Shown: positions 12,967-27,345, counted from the first letter of the whole stretch. The stretch: 63,380 nucleotides of DNA, filler included, from Octopus bimaculoides (GCF_001194135.2; 4 parts of 4 records of this genome joined end to end with filler, not necessarily neighbours in it), one strand, 5' to 3'. A program made the numbers and translations. The notes: generated from the sequence alone by a model not told the origin.

Positions 12967-13210
12967 GAGAAAGAAGGCAGCGAGCTGGCCGAAACGTTAG
13001 CACGCCGGGCGAAGTGCTTAGCGGTATTTCGTCTGTCGTTACGATCTGAGTTCAAATTCCGCCGAGGTCGACTTTGCCTTTCATCCTTTCGGGGTCGATT
13101 AAATAAGTACCAGTTACGCACTGGGGTCGATATAATCGACATAATCCGTTAGTCTGTCCTTGTTTGTCCCCTCTGTGTAGCCCCTTGTGGGCATTAAAGA
13201 AATAAGAAAA
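12967..13210 (+). mobile_element. SINE (aggcggcgagctggc family) nested in another SINE, 11-bp TSD
   Basis: tgaaagaagtc is duplicated at 12956-12966 and 13211-13221. Host SINE halves lie at about 12850-12966 and 13222-13475. Confidence 0.85.
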
Positions 13211-13234
13211 TGAAAGAAGTCCTTCGCATGTATG

Positions 13235-13268
<34 letters not shown>

Positions 13269-13506
13269 TGTATGTATGTATGTGTGTGTGTTTGTGTGTG
13301 TAAGACCACTGCTTGACAACCGGTGTCGGCTTGCTTACGTCTCCTTAACTTAGATGTTAGGCAAAAGAAATTGAGAGAATAAATACCATACTTTAAAATA
13401 AGTTCTGGGTTGATTTGTCCGAGTAAATCCTTCATAGCGGTGCCCCAGCATGACCGTATTCTAACGATTAAAGCAAGCAACACACGCACACATGCACACA
13501 CATACA

Positions 13507-13537
<31 letters not shown>

Positions 13538-14239
13538 NNNNNNNNNNNNNNNNNNNNNNNNNNNNNNNNNNNNNNNNNNNNNNNNNNNNNNNNNNNNNNN
13601 NNNNNNNNNNNNNNNNNNNNNNNNNNNNNNNNNNNNNNNNNNNNNNNNNNNNNNNNNNNNNNNNNNNNNNNNNNNNNNNNNNNNNNNNNNNNNNNNNNNN
13701 NNNNNNNNNNNNNNNNNNNNNNNNNNNNNNNNNNNNNNNNNNNNNNNNNNNNNNNNNNNNNNNNNNNNNNNATATATATATATATATACATGGGGATGTA
13801 TGTGCGTGTGTGTTCGTGTATACACACATATACGCTTAAGAACAGATAATATAAAATGCTAGACGAGAGAAGATCGATGGCTAGATTGATAAATACGAGT
13901 AAAGAAGAATAATGGACACATTTAAATGGAAGAGAAAAAACCCCCCCCAAAAAACCAAACAAAATATTTTCCACCTCACTTGGCGTAAAAAACTACATTA
14001 AAATATAGCGTGAAGGGATGGGAGGTACGAAATCTGGAAGATTGGTGTCGTATGGTGAACAGACAGCGCTGTATTGTCACGGAATAAATGGGAAATCTGG
14101 CTAGCAGCGGAAGTTTGTGTGGTTTGTGAGAGAACAATCGCTGAGAGGACCCGTGGGAGCCATTGCACAAATTGGCTTTATTAAACGATTGTGCTAATCT
14201 TGGCGATAATGTAGCAAAGTGGCGAGCTGGGAAATGGCG

Positions 14240-14836
14240 GAGTGTGTGAATGAGAGAGCGAGGGTGAGGGGAAAGAGAGAAGGAGAAAGAGTAAGTGAGC
14301 GAGGAAGTGTGAGTTGTATAGAAGAAAAAGAAGGGTGGAGTATAACGATGATGGGAGGGGGTTTGTAGTGGGAGGTGAAACAATGGATAGAAGGAAAAAG
14401 TGGGGAAATAGTGAAGTGAAAGAATATAATGGCGAATGAAGGAAAGGGAGAGCATTGGAGAGGTGGGATGGAGAGAATGAGATACGGAGAGCTAATGAAG
14501 AGGAGGGAGTGTAGAGAATGCGGAGGTGGGGAGACGCTGGACGAAAAGAGAGACAGAAGGATGTTGGGATTGAGACTCTGGTAAGGGAAGAACCTAGAGA
14601 TAGATAGATAGATAGGGAGAGAAAGAGAGAGAGAGGGGGAAGGGAGAGAGATAGGTAGAGAGATAGATAGATATAGACAGATAAATAGATAGATAGAGAG
14701 AGAGAGAAAGAGAGAGAGAAGGGGAAATAAACGTTAAGAGAGAAAGTGATATAACTAAAGAAGAGAAGCTGAGAGTGAGAGAGACAGACATACAGTCGCA
14801 GAGAGAGGAAGAGAGAGGAGAGAAGAGTGAGAGAAG

Positions 14837-14907
<71 letters not shown>

Positions 14908-14935
14908 GTAGATAGATAGATATAGAAAGATAGAT
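14240..14935. repeat. Long purine-rich (GA/GATA) low-complexity tract
   Basis: Direct reading. Confidence 0.85.
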
Positions 14936-15780
14936 GGAGAATTATACGAGGTATAGTACTATACAGAATACCGAAAGGATCTTCATCTCCTACATCACAC
15001 ATTTCTTCCTACTTCAACGCTGAGATGGTATAATTTCCTGGGAGAGAGATAATTTTGCGGCTGAGGATAGCTTTACATTGTAAATTATACACATATTATA
15101 TTATGTTATATTATGTTATATTATATTATACACATGTAAAGCTTGAAACACGTGTACCGCGGAATCCTTTGTAGTTTTGTTGTTATTTTTTGGATTTACA
15201 ATTTATTGATAGATAGATATAGATAGANNNNNNNNNNNNNNNNNNNNNNNNNNNNNNNNNNNNNNNNNNNNNNNNNNNNNNNNNNNNNNNNNNNNNNNNN
15301 NNNNNNNNNNNNNNNNNNNNNNNNNNNNNNNNNNNNNNNNNNNNNNNNNNNNNNNNNNNNNNNNNNNNNNNNNNNNNNNNNNNNNNNNNNNNNNNNNNNN
15401 NNNNNNNNNNNNNNNNNNNNNNNNNNNNNNNNNNNNNNNNNNNNNNNNNNNNNNNNNNNNNNNNNNNNNNNNNNNNNNNNNNNNNNNNNNNNNNNNNNNN
15501 NNNNNNNNNNNNNNNNNNNNNNNNNNNNNNNNNNNNNNNNNNNNNNNNNNNNNNNNNNNNNNNNNNNNNNNNNNNNNNNNNNNNNNNNNNNNNNNNNNNN
15601 NNNNNNNNNNNNNNNNNNNNNNNNNNNNNNNNNNNNNNNNNNNNNNNNNNNNNNNNNNNNNNNNNNNNNNNNNNNNNNNNNNNNNNNNNNNNNNNNNNNN
15701 NNNNNNNNNNNNNNNNNNNNNNNNNNNNNNNNNNNNNNNNNNNNNNNNNNNNNNNNNNNNNNNNNNNNNNNNNNNNNNNN

Positions 15781-16108
15781 AACTGGTACTTAATTTATCG
15801 TCCCCGAAAGGATGAAAGGCAAAGTCAACCTCGGCGGAATTTGAACTCAGAACGTAACGGCAGACGAAATACCTATTTCGTTATTGCCCACAAGGGGCTA
15901 AACATAGAGGGAACAAACAAGAACAGACGAACGGATTAAGTCGATTACATCGACCCCAGTGCGTAACTGGTACTTAATTTATCGTCCCCGAAAGGATGAA
16001 AGGCAAAGTCGACCTCGGCGGAATTTGAACTCAGAACGTAACGGCAGACGAAATACCGCTAAGCATTTCGCCCGGCGTGCTAACGTTTCTGCCAGCTCGC
16101 CGCCTTAG
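15781..16108 (-). mobile_element. Full-length SINE plus tandem 5'-truncated copy
   Basis: The 15781-15873 block repeats at about 15965-16057. The head aaggcggcgagctggcagaaacg is at 16108. Confidence 0.9.
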
Positions 16109-16655
16109 TGAAAAAGAAAAGAATAAAATAATAGTATTAATGACTGTAATATAGAGATTGTATCTAAAGATGATAATAGTGATCACTACAATAAAAGTTA
16201 AGACAATTGCATTCTCATAGTAAAAGTGATTATGGCAACAGTGAGGGTTATACAAATAGTGGTGATGATTACGACTGCAGCAATGATAATTCGATGACAG
16301 TGATGGCGTTTATGATGATAGTGATGATAATCATGTTGACCGCTAGTAGCAGCACTAATGATGTTGATTCTGTTGCTGTTGAAGTCTTATGATCATAACT
16401 TCCAGCATGGAAGCCTGTAGGCGATAAGGATATGGTGACGTTGGGAAGTTTTTTGTAGTTATGGTCGTTGATTTACTGAAACTGGTTTATTGCAACGGTC
16501 TCCGTTCTCGCTCCTCTTACACTTTCTGGTCCTCGTCCTTTCTTGGACACTCTCCTGTTGACTTACGCATACACACACGCACATTAGCATACACACATCA
16601 GCATACTCAAGCTCTCTCCCCCATTCTTGCTCAAATACATATATACATGCACTAC

Positions 16656-16699
<44 letters not shown>

Positions 16700-17319
16700 C
16701 TATCACAGTCTTCCTTTCATGGTGAGCCTCTCATTCATACTCTCTCTCTAAGTTTTCCACCTCTCTTTCTCTCTTCCTNNNNNNNNNNNNNNNNNNNNNN
16801 NNNNNNNNNNNNNNNNNNNNNNNNNNNNNNNNNNNNNNNNNNNNNNNNNNNNNNNNNNNNNNNNNNNNNNNNNNNNNNNNNNNNNNNNNNNNNNNNNNNN
16901 NNNNNNNNNNNNNNNNNNNNNNNNNNNNNNNNNNNNNNNNNNNNNNNNNNNNNNNNNNNNNNNNNNNNNNNNNNNNNNNNNNNNNNNNNNNNNNNNNNNN
17001 NNNNNNNNNNNNNNNNNNNNNNNNNNNNNNNNNNNNNNNNNNNNNNNNNNNNNNNNNNNNNNNNNNNNNNNNNNNNNNNNNNNNNNNNNNNNNNNNNNNN
17101 NNNNNNNNNNNNNNNNNNNNNNNNNNNNNNNNNNNNNNNNNNNNNNNNNNNNNNNNNNNNNNNNNNNNNNNNNNNNNNNNNNNNNNNNNNNNNNNNNNNN
17201 NNNNNNNNNNNNNNNNNNNNNNNNNNNNNNNNNNNNNNNNNNNNNNNNNNNNNCAGTTATGGCGCTCATTAGCGGTGCTCGCCACTCGCTCCTGTATTTG
17301 TTTATTCATGTATGGCACA

Positions 17320-17653
17320 AAAATAGTGGTGGTGGTGGTGGTGGTGGTGGAGGTGGTTGAGGTTACGGTGGTGGTGGGTGATAGTGATGGTGGTTGTTGT
17401 GGTGGTGGTGACGTTAGTGATGATGGTGGCAGCAATGGTGGTTGCGGTAGTTGCGGTGGTGGTGGTGGTGTCAGAAATGATGATAGTGGTGGTGGTAGTG
17501 ATAGTGGTTGTTGCGGTGGTGGTAGTGGTGGTACTGTCAATGGTGGCGGTGGTGGTTGCGGTGGTGGTGGTTGTGGTATTAGAAGTCGTGATGGTGGTGG
17601 TGCGACCGTAGACTGGTGAAGAGACTGCTAACTACGATGATAACGATGATGAC

Positions 17654-17688
<35 letters not shown>

Positions 17689-18200
17689 GGATGAGGAGGA
17701 TGAGGAGGAGGATGAGGAGGGGGAGGAGGATGAGGATGACAACGACGACGACGGTTAGGATGATTATGATGATGATATGACGATATCTGCGATGATTATG
17801 TTCGCGGTGGTTATCGAGATGACGACGAAGACGACAATGATGATGATGACGACGGTTAGTGATGCTGTTGCTGTTACTGTTGTTGCTGCTGCTGCTGGTG
17901 GTGGAGTAGAGGAGAAAAGGGGGACGGAGTTGGTGGCCATGGTGATCATGACGATGATTATGATAACCATGATGATAGCGTTGTTGTTGTTGTTGGTTGG
18001 TTGTAGGCGGGTGTTAGTAATGAGAGTAATTGGTCGATGGTGTTTTTGACATAGATTAGCATTATTGGTGATGATGCTGTGTTAATGACGTGAGTTACTG
18101 GTGTAGGGTGTGGTTCCTCTGGTAGCAGTGGCTTTGCGGGAGCAGGGTAGTATTTGTTGAAGGTGACACGAGTGGCGGTGACCCCAAAACCAATGACCGA
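17320..18200. repeat. Mixed trinucleotide low-complexity region (GGT/GAT/GAG/GCT)
   Basis: Direct reading; the ORFs here are homopolymeric artefacts. Confidence 0.85.
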
Positions 18201-18248
18201 GGCAATGGTGGATCTTATTGCAGCAGTAGTGTAATACATATATCATAA

Positions 18249-18290
<42 letters not shown>

Positions 18291-19663
18291 NNNNNNNNNN
18301 NNNNNNNNNNNNNNNNNNNNNNNNNNNNNNNNNNNNNNNNNNNNNNNNNNNNNNNNNNNNNNNNNNNNNNNNNNNNNNNNNNNNNNNNNNNNNNNNNNNN
18401 NNNNNNNNNNNNNNNNNNNNNNNNNNNNNNNNNNNNNNNNNNNNNNNNNNNNNNNNNNNNNNNNNNNNNNNNNNNNNNNNNNNNNNNNNNNNNNNNNNNN
18501 NNNNNNNNNNNNNNNNNNNNNNNNNNNNNNNNNNNNNNNNNNNNNNNNNNNNNNNNNNNNNNNNNNNNNNNNNNNNNNNNNNNNNNNNNNNNNNNNNNNN
18601 NNNNNNNNNNNNNNNNNNNNNNNNNNNNNNNNNNNNNNNNNNNNNNNNNNNNNNNNNNNNNNNNNNNNNNNNNNNNNNNNNNNNNNNNNNNNNNNNNNNN
18701 NNNNNNNNNNNNNNNNNNNNNNNNNNNNNNNNNNNNNNNNNNNNNNNNNNNNNNNNNNNNNNNNNNNNNNNNNNNNNNNNNNNNNNNNNNNNNNNNNNNN
18801 NNNNNNNNNNNNNNNNNNNNNNNNNNNNNNNNNNNNNNNNNNNNNNNNNNNNNNNNNNNNNNNNNNNNNNNNNNNNNNNNNNNNNNNNNNNNNNNNNNNN
18901 NNNNNNNNNNNNNNNNNNNNNNNNNNNNNNNNNNNNNNNNNNNNNNNNNNNNNNNNNNNNNNNNNNNNNNNNNNNNNNNNNNNNNNNNNNNNNNNNNNNN
19001 NNNNNNNNNNNNNNNNNNNNNNNNNNNNNNNNNNNNNNNNNNNNNNNNNNNNNNNNNNNNNNNNNNNNNNNNNNNNNNNNNNNNNNNNNNNNNNNNNNNN
19101 NNNNNNNNNNNNNNNNNNNNNNNNNNNNNNNNNNNNNNNNNNNNNNNNNNNNNNNNNNNNNNNNNNNNNNNNNNNNNNNNNNNNNNNNNNNNNNTATATA
19201 TATATATATATATGACCTTCTGTCTCAATTTAATTTCGATTTAAAAGTTAAAACTTTAAAAAGAAAACCACTTATTCGAACTAGATCTGGTGCAGGTTGA
19301 AAATCTGGTATATTTTTTTGTCCACTTTATCTTAAATTTGTTCCAAGGTTTGAGTTGGAAATAATGCTGGTTGCCAAAACAAAAAAAACAAAAAAATGAA
19401 AACCAACTACCGCTTCGCATTCCAAGTCTCTCTCCCTCCCTATCTATCTCTAGAAAGAAATCCTTCCCCCACCTTCCTCTTCCTCTCCAAACATTGCTCC
19501 CATCCCCCCTCACACTTTCTTTTACAAACCTTTTGTCTCTCAATTTAATTTCAATTTATAAATTAAAAGAAAACCACTTATTCGAACTAGATCAGGTGCC
19601 GGTTGAAAACGTGGTGTATATATATATACGCATATATATATATGTATATGTGTGTGTATATAA

Positions 19664-19722
<59 letters not shown>

Positions 19723-20124
19723 GGATGTATACATACATACATACATACATACATGCATACATACACATACACACACACAGCCACATATTCTATAGTGTTT
19801 TAGCATGCGTGTATGTGTGACTCTCGTGCATATATCTATGTATGTTATTGAGTGAGTGTGTGTGAGTATGTATTTGCGTGTGTTTGTGCCTGTGTTTTGC
19901 TGGTTGACTGCGGAAAGGGCAACGGCTTCGTAATTCATCTGCATATATTTTTTTTGTGATGAGGGGGGGTTGCGTGGAGAGCAAGGGGGGTTAGCAGTGT
20001 TGGAATATGTCGGGGGTTCTGTTGTGTACTTTGATGTACAAGCAATCTCCACATCAATGCGCGGATCTCTTATACAAAATGGTTGAACCATATAACCCTA
20101 TGTGTGTGTGTGTGTGTGTGTGCG

Positions 20125-20172
<48 letters not shown>

Positions 20173-20321
20173 TGTATAGACATAGCCAGATAGATAGATA
20201 AATAGAGAGATAGGTAGGTTGGTAGGTAGGTAGATAGATAGGTCATAGATGCATATGTATATATAGATATACACAAGTTTTGCATACATCCTTTATATGC
20301 TTAATACGCACGCATACAAAC

Positions 20322-20414
<93 letters not shown>

Positions 20415-20838
20415 CCCATATATCTACAGACGCGCGCGCACACACACACATACATAAAAACACGTCTGCATACATAGGTACGTAAATACACACAAACACA
20501 CACATGTGTACGTGCGTATGGAAATGAGAGACCATTTGAAGAGCCTTTCACCTCCTACATCAATAGGTGGAGGCTAAGAGGGGGATGATCCGATGTAAAG
20601 GAAAACAAATGTAATTATTTGCTCCACTGACTTCCGTGAATCAATCTCGATCGATTTCTCTATTGATCTCTGGCCATGCAGCTTACTCTCTGATATCTTG
20701 TCAGTGATACTTCAAACGTTCTCTCCCATGCAAGCTGTCTGGCAATGTATCATTCCGCCAGTGTATGTATGTATGTATGCATGTATCTGTCTGTGTGTCT
20801 ATTTGTCTATCTGCCTGTATCTATCGATATGTATTAAT

Positions 20839-20919
<81 letters not shown>

Positions 20920-21304
20920 CATATATACATATATAAACATATATACACATAAACGCACACGATAAATATACACNNNNNNNNNNNNNNNNNNNNNNNNNNN
21001 NNNNNNNNNNNNNNNNNNNNNNNNNNNNNNNNNNNNNNNNNNNNNNNNNNNNNNNNNNNNNNNNNNNNNNNNNNNNNNNNNNNNNNNNNNNNNNNNNNNN
21101 NNNNNNNNNNNNNNNNNNNNNNNNNNNNNTATATAGTTAAAAAAAAACAATAACAAAAAAACAAAAAAACAACAAAGTGAGGACGTGATATGGATAGTAT
21201 TATTGGACGCTCAGGAAAGGAAAGAGAGAGTGTATGACGTTTCGGGCGTAGCCCTTCGTCGGAAAGATGGAAAGTTCGGAGAATGGAAGAACGTAGATAT
21301 ATAT

Positions 21305-21700
21305 ATATATATATGTAGGGGTTATGAGCGATGGTGGTGTCAACTAGACCCAGAGGTTTCAGGTAATGCTGAGTAAGTGGTATGGATAGACCACAGTTGA
21401 GCTCCAGGTTCGGTGATTATGCGAATAAGGGGTCCAACGTAGGTCATATATCAGCGTGTGAATATAAGGATTTACTTTTCGTAATGAGATAAAAAAAAAA
21501 AGGCTGTGTGCATTATAGAACATTTATAAATAGAAAGTCTTACAGCTGTTTCCAGGATATTTATTATATCCCTTCTTTGGAGACGGTATGAGAGGATGGT
21601 GAAGCAATAATTAATTTAGATAAGATAGGAAATAGAGAGTGAATGCAAGGATATTGTAGTTGCTAATCTATTGTTTAGGCAGAACCTTTTAACATACGTA
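21305..21700 (-). mobile_element. PLE 3' end/pseudo-LTR copy with mutated hammerhead core
   Basis: Homologous to 37780-38130. The core reads CCAAAGA instead of CTGATGA (21538-21583). Confidence 0.75.
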
Positions 21701-22129
21701 ACCTTAGAGGAATGAAAGACAGTTCAGAATTATGAGACCCATTTATTAACCAAGCTGTGAAAAATAATCACCATACTCCCTCACGGTGGTGCACCAGCAT
21801 GACCGCAGCCACTTGGCTGAAACAAATAAATAAATAAATACTTAAACCACATTATTATTATACGTTACTAATGACTGTGCTGTTATGCAACTTAGTGCAA
21901 ACCAATTCAGCTGTTTCCATGCTTATGTATTCGTAAATAACTGTGATGTTATTCTGTATTTCGTTGGACAAACGAATACAAGATCTCTGATGCAACGTTA
22001 AAAAAGACTTAAAAACTAATCGGGTTAGATCATCTATTCATGGTCATAGAGAAAAACACATATGTTCCTTCCTTCCTTCCTTCCTTCCTTCCTTCCTTCC
22101 TTCCCCCCTCTCTCTCTTTCTCTCTCTTT

Positions 22130-22660
22130 CCGAAGGCTTGGCATTTTCAAGCCATATGAACGGTCACGTTATGGTGAAGTTCAGGAAGAATCTGATAAAA
22201 AAATCTTCAAAAAATTCGGCCTATCTATAACGGTAACTACCAGTTTGACAACGGTCGACTTCATGGACATAACCATAGACCTGAAGACTGGAAAACTACT
22301 ACCTCGTACTACCCTTACAGGTAAACCAACGAGAAAACCGTATACATCTACAGAATCTCCAGCCACCCGCCATCTATAATTACAGCCCTAGTCACATGCA
22401 TAATTAGATGAATCTCTAAGCTATTCTCAACTGGAGAAATTTTCAAGAGCGCCGACTCTGGAAATAACGGCGCATTAGCGAGGAATGGGTTCACTGAGAA
22501 GCTAGTGTATATAGAGGACACCCGATTCCACGCTGAGCCCCGAAGAGAATCAGAAAGAGAAAGATAATCAGATTCAATCCTCCATATAAACATTTGCCAA
22601 CTCTGCTTCAAGGAGGGATTACGCATGCTCCACCAATCTGCAACATTCACCAATAAAAAG
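22130..22660 (+). mobile_element. Degenerate PLE RT C-terminal fragment
   Basis: KIFKKFGLSITVTTSLTTVDFMDITIDLKTG followed, across frameshifts, by a HP-type motif and FNPPY. Confidence 0.8.
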
Positions 22661-22845
22661 AATGAGCTATATAATCTTTGCCACCAGAGGTATGCACTGA
22701 TGTTGAGTTTCAAATCAGACATACCACTATATATAGTGCCTGCCCCATATTCATGAGCACGGTGCTTAACCCCTGTCACTTGTATAGACTACCATATATA
22801 TATATATGTATTCTTTATTTTCTCCCCTTGTTTCTTTCTGTGCTC

Positions 22846-22881
22846 CTTTCTGTGGAAGAGCGTAGGCTCGAAACGTTAAAG
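22846..22881 (+). ncRNA. Minimal type I hammerhead-like motif, variant core CUGUGGA
   Basis: CTTT (stem I)-CTGTGGA-A-GAGC-GTAG-GCTC (stem II)-GAAA-CG-T-T-AAAG (stem I'). Stem III is the palindrome ACGT. It sits within the PLE end at 22800-22970. Confidence 0.55.
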
Positions 22882-23234
22882 AGTTTTTCACTTCTCGAGC
22901 GTAAAACTAATACATCTGTTTGTTGTCTACACCACGTGTCTTCCACTTTTTTTTTGTGAATTCTCCCTATATATATATATGTAGGTGTTTATATATATGT
23001 ATATATACATATACTCATATGTATGTATGTACATACGTATAAACATACACATATATATAATTAATAGCGATAGAAGCAGTATATATATATACATACATAT
23101 ATATATATNNNNNNNNNNNNNNNNNNNNNNNNNNNNNNNNNNNNNNNNNNNNNNNNNNNNNNNNNNNNNNNNNNNNNNNNNNNNNNNNNNNNNNNNNNNN
23201 NNNATATATACACGTATGTGTATAAATGTATATG

Positions 23235-23299
<65 letters not shown>

Positions 23300-23326
23300 A
23301 GATCTCTTTCTGTCTGTCTGTCTCTG

Positions 23327-23361
<35 letters not shown>

Positions 23362-23657
23362 CTGTCTGTGTTTGTATGTATATATGTTTGAAGATCAGTA
23401 AAGCAAATCAACAAACGATGCTTCTTGATATTGCAGATTTACTCCCTTTATCGTCGTTGTAGTCGTCCTCGTACTGATACTCTTCATCGTCATCATCAAC
23501 GTGATAATCATCATCGTCATCGTCGTCGTCGTCGTCATCATCTTTATCATCATCATCATCATCACCAAGTAGCGCTGAAGTTGTTCCAGTGTCTTTTATC
23601 TTATAAACATATGAAATCAACGCTTTGTATGTGTATATGTGTGTGAGCGTGTGCTTG

Positions 23658-23731
<74 letters not shown>

Positions 23732-25254
23732 CTCTTTTTCTCTCGCACGCACGAGCGTGTATGGACCTTGATATATACTGCTTCTACAGCCACATGCTTC
23801 CGCATGATGTATCAGATGTGGAGAGCTCATTAAGGTTAGATGTATACGACATTACAGATTAGTAACCAATTTCGCCAGACAGTGATAACTAGAGTAGGAT
23901 CAATTTTCTACTGAAAGTTGCAATTATTTCTTTTCCTGAACGGTTTACGAGAATAATTTCTGGAAGAAATATCCACTACGGTTCTAGGAATTTTCCGACT
24001 GAAATTAGAAATAATATATAAATATGCCGAAACAAAATTCACAAACTTAAAAAAAATAGTAGCATGTAAAAAGAAAAAGTATCCAGTAAAGTAGGAAAAA
24101 CACGTGTATATATGCAATATCACATAAATATATTCATTCATTCATTCATCCATCCATCCATCCATCCATCCATCCATCCATACATACATACATACATACA
24201 TACATACGTACGTACATGATGGTTGCAGATCGATTTCAAGCAATGCTATCACTTGATTGTTCTCTTAGAGCAACGTGAATGTAGATTTTTAGTCCGTGTA
24301 TGAACCTACACACTTTTTTTGCACAGATGTGCCAATGATGGGCGCCTCTTGCAGTAGGTGTTCAGAGTGTTACTACCTGCATGCCTTCATTTTCATTCCT
24401 TCGTGGAATTTTTCATTGAATGCTTTGTCTTTTTTTATGCAACACGTAATAGAGATGCTAAAAACATAATATTATTCTATTCGCTCCTTCCTTTCTCATT
24501 CATATGTTAAGAACAGAAGATACACTCCGCGATCTTCCTTCTCTCACTTTTTCAGTCACGGTTACTACTCTCACTACCTCTCCTTCACTGTATTACTATT
24601 TTCTCTCCTCTCCCTTCAATGATACTACTCTTTCTCCGTTCTACTGCTTTAGTTGTAGGTGGCTATTTTGTAAACAAAAGAATTGCTTTTTCTTTTTTCT
24701 TTTCTTTTTTTCTTTTTCTTTTTCTTTTCGTTTGATATTACCATATTATTTACTACTTTTTAGTGGATATGTCGGTTTGTAGTTATTAATTTTTAATTTC
24801 TTAATTTTTAATTAAATAACCCTATTATTTTTGTAATTAATTTTTGTTTCATTAAATTTATCTGTCATTACTAGATATTTACATATCGTGAATTGTAATG
24901 TTAATAAAACACTGGAGTGGTTTTTTTTAATAAATATTTTTCTGATTTTGAACGGTCTGGCGTTCTAGTGATTTTTTATTCTATTATTATTTGTTCGTTC
25001 CCGTTTGGGCTTTGAAAAGTCTTTTTATATTTTTGTTGGTCGTAATTATTCATACCAATATGTAATTCCTGACGAAGAATCTAATTTTTATTTCAAGAAG
25101 AGTTTTTCGTTTTTGTCTTTGGAATTAACTAGACTCCAAAACAATTTGTAGAATTTATATTAGATCTGTACCAACCTGGATTATGAATTAAAGATCGACT
25201 ACAACTACACACACACGCACACATGCATAATACATACATTATATATATACATAT

Positions 25255-25660
25255 ATATATAACTTAGATAACTTAGATATGTTTCGACCAAAGATTGACA
25301 CAAGCCATGTCTTACTTAATAGCACTACCTGATAAATCATGTTTTGTGCTATTGTGGCCCATTCACGCAGGGAGTTCTTGTTGAGTAAGTTGTATTCAGG
25401 TATAAGTGGTTTATCTGGTATTCCTTGAAGAAATTTCTCCAGATTCCTTTTGATTTGTTTTGGGACAATGTAAAGAGAGCCTGTCGAGGGAAAGAAATTG
25501 TGTTGCAGTGTATTCATGTGTTGTGATCCTGAATTGTGTAGGAGGCGTATGGCACGTGGTCCTAGCCTTGGGTAAATTCTGAAACTAATATTAAGGTCTT
25601 CTGGGCATTGCTGGTGGTATATTCTCCACATTATGCAAATGATGTATCGCACGCGGCGGC
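25255..25660 (-). mobile_element. CR1/L2-group LINE 3' end
   Basis: GPRAIRLLHN and KRNLEKFLQGIPDKPLIPEY..NSLREW resemble the C-terminus of molluscan CR1-group ORF2. Short repeat tail (ctaagttat)n. Confidence 0.65.
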
Positions 25661-27213
25661 GCTGGAGAGTATAGAGTTTCAGTGTGCGTGTGTAATGGAT
25701 GGTAGGAAATGCGTCTGTTATGTAAATCTTCCCCAGTTAACGTATTTCCTCTTATGAAGAAATTGATGGAAATGTTTCAATATATATATATATGCAGTTA
25801 GAGCAGCAAGTCGGCTTCAACGATTAAGGTAGGATGATAAATATTTTCTATGTTTAAATATTTGAAGTCTTTCTGTAAAGAAGAAGTTGGTTTCTAACAA
25901 AGATACAAACCTCTATCTTTGAAATGAAGATAAGAAAAACAAATTTACATTTTCAACTCGTGAAAAGTCTTGCGTATGTATGTATGTATGTATGTATGTA
26001 TGTATGTATGTATGTATGTATGTATTATATATCTATGTGTGTATGTATGTGTGTATGTATGCATTTGTATGGAAATTTTCAGACGTTCACGAATGTTTGT
26101 TAAGAAATATATGTATCTGCATTAGTGGGAGTGTGAAGACATGTATGTATGTATGTATGTATGTATTTTGTATGTATGTTATATGCATGTGTTATGTATG
26201 TGTGTATGTATGTATGCATGTATGTAAATATGTCCTAAAGAAAAGCACTTACTATATTCAATTGAGAATACGCATGTACACCCCCACACATACATACATA
26301 CATGCATACATACATACATACATACATACAAACATACATACATACATACATACATGCCTTCACTATATACATATATTTCTTAACAGATATTCATGAACAT
26401 CTGAAAATGTCCATACAGATATGAATGCATCTTCACAGGATTCTGTCTTATGTACATAAGTATACATTTTATGCGCCCATAATTGCTAATAGCCGTGAAG
26501 TAAATGCATTTCATTTCACAAACAAACTATACATATATACTTCAAAGTTTAAATAAGAATGTAGGAGTGCAAAATGCTTTTAAATAATCAATAAAACGAG
26601 TGTTTGAAGTTGAAAATGAAAGCAAAATTCTCGAAAAATAATATATTTTCGGGGAGCATCCATTGGAAAACGCTTTGAAACTTCCTATAATGATTCATGT
26701 GTGAGTCTGTCCCTCTACTGTACTATCTCCTACTCTCTAAGTCTCTCTCTCTCTCTCTCTCTCTCAGTCCTTTGTCTTGTTGGACAATCATGAACGTTTT
26801 AACTTCAGGCAGAATATTTAGGACGTTACACAAAATATGATGACGTCACAGGGCATATGAGCTCACTGCTTGCTAGCATTACTATCCCCTTTTGATAAAC
26901 AGTATTATTGTAGATAACTTGGCTGTTAGAAAAATCCTATGTAGAGCAAACGGTCTCGTTATTTTCGTAGACGTATGTAGATATACACAAACACACAGAC
27001 ACGAATACACACTCAAAAACAGACACTCAAACACATACATATGGACGCACACAATCGCACACTATTTTGCACATATAGTCAAATTCACACATTGATAATT
27101 TACATAAATATTGAACTAATAACATAGGTATATGCTTTTATATTTCTATACGCATATATGTTAATATTACATGTATCGGCTACACATATATCATATCAAT
27201 ATCATATGCATAG

Positions 27214-27265
<52 letters not shown>

Positions 27266-27310
27266 TACATATATATGTCTAGATATATTATTACAAATAC
27301 ACACACACAT

Positions 27311-27345
<35 letters not shown>

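Noticed and set aside
17275-18239. Gly/Asp/Val-rich ORFs as a structural protein
   Set aside because: Pure trinucleotide low complexity open in several frames, with no splice or domain support.
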